A stretch of DNA of 64,000 bases from Callorhinchus milii (lineage: Eukaryota): positions 26,848,001 through 26,912,000 of the forward strand of contig NW_024704742.1 in the NCBI RefSeq assembly GCF_018977255.1, written 5' to 3'. The position numbers were made by a program, and so were the translations under genes. Numbering within the stretch: the stretch's first letter is position 1; each line of letters opens with the position of its first letter. This document shows positions 53,530 to 64,000 of the stretch, piece by piece. The notes beneath the pieces were generated by a model that did not search any database, had not been told where the DNA came from, and saw only the letters and a list, made by a program, of their open reading frames with translations.

Positions 53530-54062
53530 ATATCTGAAACATTGCCCACTTCCTCACCTTAATCCAATCCACTTCTTGACTTTTCCAACTTCTGCTCTCA
53601 GGCCTCCACATGCTTCAGATCATCCAGAACTCTGCAGCCTGCATCCACTCTTGCATGAGGCTCTGTGTCCCATCTCCCCCATCCTTGCCCTGCTCCACTG
53701 GTTCTCCATTCCCCCAATGGATTCACTTTAAGATCCTCTTTGTTATGTTCAAATGCTCCATGCCCTTGCCCCACTGTACCCATGCAACTCCCCTCCCCTG
53801 GCTACTCCTCCACTTTGCCAACTCGGGCCTGCTTCAAGCATCTCTGCTGGTCTTCCCCACCATCAGTGAGCAAACTTCGAGCCACTTTGTTCCTGCTATT
53901 TGCTTCTCGCTGCTTTCAAAAGTGGTCTACAGACTCATCTCTTTACCGATTCTCCTTCGCCGTCTCCCCCACATCAACGTCCCATCTCAGACTCCATCTT
54001 TCCAAAACACTTTGAGACATCCTCCCTACTTGAAAGGTGTTTAAGTGCAAGTGGTTGTTGTG
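53530..54062 (+). mobile_element. Old L2 3' fragment
   Basis: LQIIQNSAA and IHFKILFVMFK motifs; decayed tail. Confidence 0.7.
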
Positions 54063-57000
54063 TGGGCCTCCCAGCTGCCTACCCTCTTGGCAGCAGAGGT
54101 GGAAGGCCAACTGTAAATAACAATGGGGAACGCTAACTTTGAAAATTGCCTGCCTTGAGACCTATCTTTTGGACACCTTTCCCCCCCCCCGTTCCTTCAC
54201 CTTCCTGAGCTCTTCCCACCCCCATCTCTTTGCTTCAAGACATCCTTTGGACATGAGACACCATATATAACATAAAATTGATTTTTAAAAACATAGCTGG
54301 AGAGAGAAATCCTTAAAATTGGTTTTGCTTTAGAAATTAGAGCTTGTTGAAATCAGAAAACCTTAAGGTTTGTGATTCCAAAGCTTTTTTAGAAATTGTC
54401 CTCTGAAAAATTACTGTATTACTTCTAATATAGTAAACTGGCTGCCGAGTTACTTCCCTTCTCAGTTTCCACTAGTTTCATTTTACTTTATTTGGATAGA
54501 ATTTCAACTATTTTTATATCGGAGGTATCGCAATTGTGGAATATCAGCATTAGATTATTCTCAAAAAAACATTGCTACCGGAATGTGTTGGCAAACTCAA
54601 AACAATCGTGCTCTACAGATGTACAACATGGACAGCCATGCTGACGCTTGACTCCGACCTATATTCTGACCATTTTTCTAGTTCTCCTCACTTGCTGCTT
54701 TTTGAGGTTTCTTTGCTGAGATATAAGCTCACGGAAGTTTTTTTGTATTCATTCATCTTTTATGGAAATGCCACCGTGAAGTAGGATTCTCTATCAGCAT
54801 CTTCCACCTCTCTGCAAAACTCATGTCAGCGTTCTTAAGGAAATAATCCTGCGAGGCTGAACTGCAATGCAGACAGTTTGCTGGAAATGCACAATCAGCA
54901 AGAGCAGTTTGATCATGATCTGGAACTTGATATTGTGACATGAAAATTTGATGTTTTCCCCTTGACCCCTCTCCTGTTTGCTAAATAAAATTATTTCTGA
55001 GAAAACAATGAGAGAGCCTGAGAATGGCAGCGCATATCTTTGACATAGTCCAGGTAAACTTCCTTTTTTTAGTTCTGGTCTGATACTTTTTTTTAACAAG
55101 CACAGTTTAATGCCATATTTGTACTCTGACAACAAAATAAAACTTTCTATGAAAGACGTGCCATTTTGTTTGTGGTCTATCTGTAAGAGATTGTTTCATG
55201 GACCTGAAACTGAGTTTCCTATTGCATAAGGGAGGGAAAATGTGCTTCCATTTATGATTACTTGCATAAATTCTGTCACTATGTCTGGCCAAAGGCTAAC
55301 CAGCAAAATGCAGATGTGTAGATGACAGGTTAAGTGTAAAAATTAGATTAATGTCTATTAATCTAGAAGCAAGCGTTGCATTAATCTCTGTTAGTGGAAC
55401 TGCGATTGTTTGAACTATGTACTTTTTTCAGAATCTTGGACTGATGAGTGTATACATTTACTGCAGCTTATTTAAGGTGTACAAGTCCAATACTCGTCAG
55501 ATCATACAAATATCTACTATAATCCCTGTAAAAAGAAAAATTGGTCACTCAATCCACAACTATTTATGGGACAATGCTGTTCACAATTAACTACCACGTC
55601 TCGCCCACAAAATACACAGTCAATCTACTTTACAATATATTCTGTGAAGGGCTTTGAGATGCCTCAACGACGTGATAAGGTGCTGTATAAAATGCAAGGT
55701 TTTTTTTTAACAAATCATACTTAATGTAAATTTCTACTTCAGCTTCTGTACTTGGGATGGTTTTCAGTTCACTTGTGCATGTGTAAATTAATTTGAGAAC
55801 CCACAAGATGAAATTGTGATTTAAAGCAAACTGTCAACAGTGAAACCTCACTCCCGTAATGGAGGCAGAATACCACAGGGAATGATTGAAATTGGCAAAT
55901 AATTTAGGTCCCAATCCTAAAATGAAAGCCAGAATTACTACCAACCAAGCAAAGGCATTACTTCAGTCTCTGATTTTTCTTTATTATATAATTTTACGTT
56001 TACTGGCAGGAAATAAAAGCATGTTTGCCATAGCTAAGAATTTTCTCGCTCCCATGCTTTGTGAAATTAATTGTTTAAGAAAATAGCAGTAGTGCTAGTT
56101 ATACTTTTGACTTTTGTGACACCAAGATCTATTTCATAATCTACAGCTGAGGTTTGTGCTTTTTTTTCCTTTTCCATAATATATTAAGATGATTTTGCAT
56201 GTGGCAAGAAACTTTGCACTGGTGTGGAATTCAGAAAGCTGGTTCAGCTTGGCTCATCTGCTCCCTTACTTACTGTTTTATGATATCCCCCTCCACATGT
56301 TTGTTTCCTTGCCTATCACCTCTTCATTGATATTTTTATCTTTTGTGAGCTACTTCTTCATCATGCCTCCCATTACAGAATATCAGAGAATCAAGATTTT
56401 ACTGTGCATCACTTAACTTCTGTGGGACTTGGCTCAGTGAGAAAATAGTTCATGAAAAGAGACCTGTAACTGTTCTGGGCTATAAATGAGCATGACTGGA
56501 TCAGCTGTCATCGCAACCCTGCCTTTTCTGGCATTTCTCTTCTGCTGCCTTTGTAACTTAAATCTATTCTACCTGTCTGACTATTGATATCAATTGTGGA
56601 ATATTTGACGTTGACCTTTTCCCCCAACATGTATGAAATTCATAAACTTATAGTGAACTGTAGCAAACCACAGAAAACGGTTTATGAGTGAGGTCACCTT
56701 GAATTTGTTTGCGGCTTTTCTTCCACCGTTACAGTTGTATTAGTTGCAGGCCTAGTGTGCTCCACCACCGTAGTTTCATGTATAAGAGGGACAAGTGATA
56801 TTATGTAAGGAATGTGGATAGTCAAAATTTTCAAACATATACAAAACCAAAGCCAAGAGGGAACCAGCATTTTGGAAAATAATGTATGTAGCTCTTAATA
56901 ATAATAATAATAATAGCCTTTACATTTGATATATTATTACATCATAAAATGTCTCAAAATTCTTCACAGGTTTTTACTGTAAAGTGCAGTTACTGTATTT

Positions 57001-57865
57001 GTAGGCAAACACAGCACCAATTTGTGCACTCCAGCAGCAGGGAAGGAGGATTCCAGCCAATACTGACCTGCTGCTTAGTACCATGGAGGCAGATTCAGTT
57101 ATGGGTTTGTCTGTTTTCCAAAGTGCCTCACGTGAGGACCTGGATTATGCAGTTGGTGCTGAGTCAGTCTGGTACCTGGCATGGGACCCTGGACATCGAG
57201 AACATCATGGTTTTGGCACGTCACAAGTTTTACTGTACTGTGAAATGCAATATGCTAGAGACAGACGTCCTCACATGCAAGGATTATTATTATTGAGGAA
57301 TCTCCCAGGTTTTGGGCAATGGCTGTTGGAAGGCATTGCCTCAAGTCCTGTTTCATGAATACACGTTCATATATTCTTAGTCCTTAGAAACCTTAAGTTT
57401 TGTTTCGTTGCACGCCTCTGTTTACCTAGTAGTATCTAGGAACCCGGTTATTAATGAATTGGTGGTTTTCTTTCCGGGGTTAGTAAATCCTTCAAAAACA
57501 AAAATAGTAATAATAATTTGATCACTCAATCCATGCATTTGATATAGTGCCTTATCATTTCGTTGAGCCATCTCAGCGCTTCACAGGATATACTGCAAAG
57601 TGTAGTGACTGTATATTTTTGTGGACAAAACCCAGTAGCCAGATGCGACCAGCAATGTCCACAAAGAACCTTTTTTTTATTTTGGGGGAAATTGTAGGCC
57701 AGGAGAAACTCGCTTCTCTTTTCAGATATGGTGGCAGTGCTCTTGTGTGTTTCATGCTGAGCTGTGCTGTTCAACAGGAAGCTTGCAAGGATTTCCTGGT
57801 ACCTGTTATCCAGCTGGTGAGGGCTCAAACCTGCCACTTGCTGGATGTTAAATGACCAACATTTG

Positions 57866-58214
57866 GATCCTTTTAAGCATGATGAATTTCTGCATATGTC
57901 TGACACCTGGCTGACCAATAAAAAGTTGCACACAGCAGTGTCCCACAAACAGCTACAAAGTGAGTGAGCATTTTTATGTGAGGAATTATTGGCCATCACT
58001 TGAAACCCATCACCTTTCGAATCGTACCATTTATAGAGATCACCTGAACAGGCAGACAGACCTTCCTTAACATCTGATTCAAATGACAGCACCTCCAACA
58101 ATTGAGCATTACCCCCGTCAGCTTATATTATGAGCTCAAAGTTCCAACATAGGACTTGAAATGACAACCTTCTGCCTTAAGAGGCAAGAGTGCAGCCAAC
58201 AGAAACAGGCTGAT
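57866..58214 (-). mobile_element. Deu-domain SINE
   Basis: cacctgaacaggcagac...ttaacatct is the reverse complement of the Deu core; head at ~58130-58214. Confidence 0.65.
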
Positions 58215-60646
58215 ATCTAATGTATTGTGCATTCAGTCCATCATGAATGATTGGTTTATGCCTTGCACTGTTGTAAACAGCTTCAGTTGATGATACAACT
58301 TTGATGATGTGACATGAGCTTTGTTGTCTTAATAATAATTTTCCAGTTATACTCCATTTATAGACCATTTGTACAAACTGTTTTACAGGTGCTCTTAATT
58401 ATGTAATTAACCAAGGAAAACGTATTTAATTAAATAATCATTATCCTTAGTTAATGATTATAATTGTGCATTTAATATAATGCCTTTCACATCATGAGGA
58501 CACTCAAAGCACTTCACAAAATTTACTGTTAAGTATAGCCATTGTGCATTTTGTAGGCAAATTATATGAATATGGCCACCAATTATTCCCTCTGCACACA
58601 TGTTAAAATGGTTTACATATGATGCACAGAAGCCCCAATATATTCTTTTGATTAAAGTTTGGGTATAGTTTCTAATTTGCTAAACTTTTTTGAAATAATA
58701 GGTATTTTTTTTAAAAAATGAGTGGCTTTCAACACTTAACTCAGAGCTAACTTTGCCAAAATAATATGTTTGCCATGTTGGAAAAATCCAGTTTCAAAGT
58801 TTAAATCTATTGTTGACCACTGGAGGTTCAACACCTGAACTGCCCAGGCAGTTACTCTTGTGATATGCTCTACACTGACGCTTAATTCAAAATCATGCTC
58901 GTTATACGTAAAAGTTCGAGCTTTCTTTTTCATGAATTCTATATTATGGTCTCCCTGTCTTTCTGAAAGTTTTTTTTTAATCTCTTAGCCTAAAATTCTT
59001 AGCCTAAAATTCTGCACAATAGAAAGAATTAAAAGGAAAGCTCAATGCATAGAAACATCACGGTGAGGACAACAGTGTAATTCTGGCCTCCAGTGGCACA
59101 CCAGTTCAGTGATGTTATACAGATCTGCAGAGCATTGCCTTCCTTCATCTGAACCACAGGGTACTTTCTCAGTGCAGAATCCCTGATGCAAAGCCAAGGC
59201 GTTAGAGGAGAATGCTGAGGGAACTGATTGGATACCTTTTATCTGCAGATGATTAACATGGCTGCAGCCTGTTTCCTCGTTCCTGCAGGAGTTAACTGCA
59301 GACCTGTGATTTTAAGCTCACAGTTAACGAGGACTCTGGAAGGAAGTGAGAAGGTCAACCAGTGGATTAGCTAGTCTAAATATGCTGTAGTGTTTTTTGC
59401 AAAACAAATGGTTTCAACATTTATTGAGGCACATAATGAAGGCCTTTTATTCTTACTCTCTTTTGAGCCATTGTGAGATCAGCTTTCATGGTAAGTGCAC
59501 ACCTTAAAGCTGAGATATTTGTGTTATTTTTCTTATGCATGACTGTCTCAGAAAGCACTTTCACGGCAGTTCATATTCCGGATTCAATTGATTCATAAGC
59601 ATGTTTTTTTGTTTTCTATATGTTTGGTGACTCTCATTGTGACTCAGTGAATCGAGTTGTGCATTGTGCGGTAGCTGTCATCCTGGTATTGAGCCCAATT
59701 TCACAAAGAAATCTGTAACTTGATCTCCTTGTTACGTTAGGGAATGAGCCTTTGTGTTGCCAAAAGAGGCACAGAACTGTTCAAATGTATGGGACGAAAT
59801 GTCATAAGTTTCAGAATTAAGTTATTGTAATCCTAGATTATTTTGATGAATTTCTTGCTTTGAGTGAGGGCCCTTCAATCTCTCTTTTGGATCCACTTGT
59901 AATGAAGGTCAAATGTGCATTTTTTAACTACAAAACAGTCATTTTGTAGCAAATTCGTACAAATGCAATTATTCATTCAACCATATTTCAATATTTTTGG
60001 TTTGATGAGATAATGTAAAAATAGCTGGTTTGCTGTCTTTCGTCAACCGCTGTGCTTGATTTGACATGCAAGGAGCTGTATCAGAGAATCCATTGTAGAT
60101 AGAAGATTGATAGAGGAAGGGTATCCCAAAATCCATTGTATGTATTTCTCTGTCCACCCCTCCCCACCCCCACCAAAAAATGCAATCACTTAGAGGAAAT
60201 GCTTGTCTTTACATTTATGCAGTTTAGAAGCAGTTTTGTAGAATAAAGAATAGACATTTAATAGTGCTCTTGATAACATCGTGGATCTTGAAGTGCAGTA
60301 TTGTCTGTGCTGCATCTGCAAATCTCTTATTTTAATTTATGTATTGTGATTTTTGTTGCATATTTAATCCTTTTATGAAATCTTCCACCTTCAAACAAAA
60401 TCTAAACCTGTTCAGTCCGTAAACAATAATTGCTAAATTATTATAATGGAATCTATTGAAACCTCATTGCCAGTTATATTCATTGACCACTTTGTTCAAT
60501 GTACACATATTCGGATAATCTTGAGTTAAAATATATATCTTATTAGAATAGATTTCCCTTGCTATTGTACCATATTTTTTATTTGGTGGAGTAGGTAACT
60601 TGGAGATGATTTAATGTCTCTTAGCCTGTCGCAGACTGTTTCAGCT

Positions 60647-61365
60647 TTTAGAGATCATTATCATCTGAGGCAGTCTCATGGGAACAGCTTTATAAATGGA
60701 AAGTGGGTTGTGCCCGGCTGATTTTTCATGAGCAGAAGGGCATATTTAGATTAGGACAGATAAATAAACGGAATTGGCTGAATATACTTCTTGAAATGTG
60801 TTGCTTATTATTTCAAAATCATTTTTGCAATGTGTGATATTAGTTATGTGTGGTTTGATAATGCTGCCTCTGAAGATGGTGTTTTTTCTTGTTTTAATTG
60901 TTCACTTGTTTCTGTACTTGAGATAATGAAATGCTGAACAGTGGGAGATTGTATGGCATCTTCATTTTTACAGCTCATTGCTCAATTACCTTAATTCTAC
61001 AGTTCCTGTTAGTAGGGTAAGTTAAATACTATTTAAATATAAAAACATAGAGCTCATTGAAATATCCACATCACCGGGTTATTAATATTGAATGGTTTAG
61101 ATCTGGCTTCAATCCCTAGTTTGTACTGAGTCAATTCATCTCAGTTGAGCCAGAGATGAGGGTGCTGCTGTTCGCTTGGTGTCCCTAAGATAGGGAGGAA
61201 TAGGACAATTACTCCTCAACAATAAATTATATTTGGATAGTGCCTTTCACGTCAGGGGGACGTCCCAACCCACTGATATTGGAGCTGGAATCAGCCGGGC
61301 ACAACCCACTTTCCATTTATAAAGCTGTTCCCATGAGACTGCCTCAGATGATAATGATCTCTAAA
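60647..61365. repeat. Perfect 77-bp inverted duplication (60647-60723 / 61289-61365)
   Basis: Base-by-base reverse complement match over 77 nt. Confidence 0.92.
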
Positions 61366-62071
61366 GCGCCTTGGGACGTCCTCCTGACGTGAAAGGCGCT
61401 TTATAAATGGAATCTTGTTGTTGTTGTTGTGGAATGTGCAAATGTAAGATGAGTACTGATTTTTAGCTCACGTATCGTACTTCTACACTAGGTTTCAGCC
61501 ACTTGCTTTCCAGACATGCACATAAAGAATGACTGCTTGCGGGGAGGTAGTGGAGATTTGCTAGCTACTGCAGAACTGTACTCTAGCAAGGCTCATTGCT
61601 TTTATGACACAGCATGCATGTCATATATTGCTTCTGCCCAGATTAGCAAATTTTATTTCAATAACAAATGTTTTTTTACCTGTCTGATGCACTTTGTAGC
61701 TTTACTTCTGGTTCTTATTTAATGTTTGCGAATTGTTTTACAATGTGTAAACGACAATTTTAAAATAACCTTATTTCTGAAGTAAAAACTTACGTCAGAA
61801 TACATTCGTTTTTTGTGTGAACATGTGCAAAGTTTTAAATGCTGGTCATGACATTGCTTCCCAAACGCAACAAATTTTGCATTTTAAAATTATTGCAGAG
61901 ATTTTGCTGGTTTCTTAATGAAAAAGGCAGATTTTTTTTCAGTATCTCAACATAATGTGTTTAATAACAACAATGTATTATGTATTACTAAATTTATGTT
62001 TGTAACTGTAAACTGTAACAGGTATTACTAAATTAAAGTAAACTGTAATATGTATTACTAAAATAATGAGT

Positions 62072-62402
62072 CGTGGAGTCCTGTAGCTCAGTGGTTAGAG
62101 CACTCGCTTTGCAAGCGAGAGACCTGAGTTCAATTCCAGGCACAGGGCGAAACCTTGGGCAAGTTTCCTTACTCCACACAGAGCCTAATAATAATCCCTC
62201 CAAAACCAAAAACAATAATAATAAATTGGTCATTTTCAATCTACGACTGTTTGTGGGACATTGCTGTGCGCAATTGGCTGCCGCGTTCACCCACAAATAT
62301 ACAGTCAGTTCACTTTACAGTGTGTTCTGTGAAGCGCTTTGGGACGTCCTCCCGACGTGAAAAGCGCTATATCAAATGCAAGGATTATTATTATTATTAT
62401 AT
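62072..62402 (+). mobile_element. Full-length young tRNA-Ala-derived SINE with a 9-bp target site duplication
   Basis: ATAATGAGT at 62063-62071 and 62403-62411; anticodon arm CTCGC-TTTGCAA-GCGAG; (att)n tail. Confidence 0.92.
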
Positions 62403-63339
62403 ATAATGAGTGGAACTGTAAATAACCTTTTTGATGTATGCAAAGACTTTGTTTTAAAACCACATTTTTATCTATAGTTCTATTTTCTAGACATTGTTTA
62501 CTGATAGTCAAATGTTTTTCAAAACAATAGCGTTATTAATAAATGTTTCTTCTTTGTATTCATTTAGCTTATGTGCCAACTGTTCATATAGAAATATAGG
62601 TACTGCAGTGAAACCAATTTCATCTTCAGCTAAACTAAAAGGCTTAGCTGCTAATGACAAACCCGCGCACATTTACCAGTAGTGCAGCATTTGTTGTGGA
62701 AAAAAAATGCATTAAATATTTTTAAGAAATATTCCCTGTTCGGTTTAAATATGGATGGATGTTGTAGTGGACTTGCTGTAGTCATATACTCTTCAAAGGG
62801 AGTTAAGGGGAAAATATATGGGTAATTTTTACAGCCAAGAATCTGTTTTTAGTAGGAATGAATATTCAATTTTATTTTGTCACCTTTGTGTTTTGACTCC
62901 TGGAATTCAGACAGATCAAATCCATTAATTCAACTCTGATTTATAATCCATATGTGGTATACATGTGTCTGCTTTTCATCTCAATCTACCAAATATCTTT
63001 AATTTGTTCTGTGGGGGATTTTACATAAAGCTGCTCACCAATTATTTCACTCGTCTCTGTCCCTTGTGAATTGCTCCTCTGCTTGCTCATTAGAGACAGT
63101 GGTTCTCAATGCAATTTAAACAATCAAGACTATAACCTTCAAACCAAGCATGTGTTCTTACAGCTGCATATTGTCATTCTTCTTAGTAACCTGGAAACAG
63201 CTTAAGCATCTCTTGAAAATATCCTCCAAAAAGATGTTTTTAAGACTTACATCTTGTTGTTAATCAATGGTAACCTAAAAGACTATTAAAAAAAGTACAT
63301 TAAATCAGTGCCATGACAGAATTCTTTATTATTATTATT

Positions 63340-63702
63340 ATTATAATAATCCTTGCATTTCATATCAGGAGGATGTCTCAAACCACTTCCCAGGATTTAC
63401 TGTAAAACTTATTTTATAGGTTAATGTGGTAAATGGGCTTTGCCCAGAAACAGCCAAAATGAATCACCAATTTTATCTGGGGAAACTGTTAGCCAGTGCA
63501 CTGTAGAAAAAAACTTTAAGGTTCACCTGAACAAATAGACAGGCCTTGGTTTAATGTCTCATCCGAAGAATGGCACTTCTTACAATGCAGTGCTCCACAG
63601 CGTTACATTGGATTGTCAGATTAGACCGATTTTAAAGTTCCGTTGTGGAGCTTGAACCCACAACATTCAGAGATAAGTGTTACCAACTGACCCAGGCTGA
63701 CA
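63340..63702 (-). mobile_element. Deu-domain SINE
   Basis: ccttggtttaatgtctcatccgaag core (reverse strand) and head cccaggctgaca. Confidence 0.75.
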
Positions 63703-64000
63703 ACTTTAAGGGGCCGAGGGCCATGATGGTACTAGATTCTATGTAATTAACTCTGTAATATCCACCAGCGGACATCATCCTGGTGAGAACATCATCCAAG
63801 CAATGCAGGTTAGGCAAGAGTTGCTTGAATGCTTTTAATAATTTTTTTAAAAAATAAAATGAAATTTGTGGTGAAAGCTCCTGGTGTCTCCATTGCTAAC
63901 AGTGCTCTTCAATGCAACAACTGGATCCTAGCAAACTACATACTCGATTTGTGCTCTGCTAATAAGGGTCACAGGAGGGTACGGCAATTTCTATCAATGT

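Noticed and set aside
57526..58101. 191-aa minus-strand ORF
   Set aside because: Runs through decayed SINE pieces; a chance open frame.
62076..62150. tRNA-Ala(TGC) gene (also at 29796, 42510 and 49243)
   Set aside because: tRNA-like SINE head that continues into the SINE body and (att)n tail, with no proper acceptor stem or terminator.
51469..64000. Further TBC-domain exons
   Set aside because: I could not find the expected next exon (EYE...-type start) or any TBC motifs; they probably lie beyond the window.

Overview
Vertebrate genomic DNA, AT-rich and repeat-dense. The tRNA-Ala/L2-tail SINEs, Deu-domain SINEs, L2 and CR1 fragments suggest a cartilaginous fish, probably a holocephalan such as Callorhinchus (inference). 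The window holds two + strand genes in tandem. The first is the last three coding exons and a long putative 3' UTR of a KIAA0232-family gene (C-terminus EELFSRTHL*). The second is the CpG-rich promoter and first three exons of a TBC1D14/TBC1D12-family Rab-GAP gene, whose TBC domain lies beyond the window end. The order matches the human KIAA0232-TBC1D14 pair, but the divergence pattern suggests a possible separate ohnologous pair. The rest is intronic or intergenic transposon debris, two MITE copies, simple repeats and a 20-bp minisatellite. I found no convincing wholly new biological system. The best leads are the paralog question, an in-frame uORF and duplicated splice donors at the TBC gene 5' end, a 77-bp local inverted sequence captured with an L2 tail, and several long inverted repeats. 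Family assignments come from recalled protein and repeat motifs, not from database searches.
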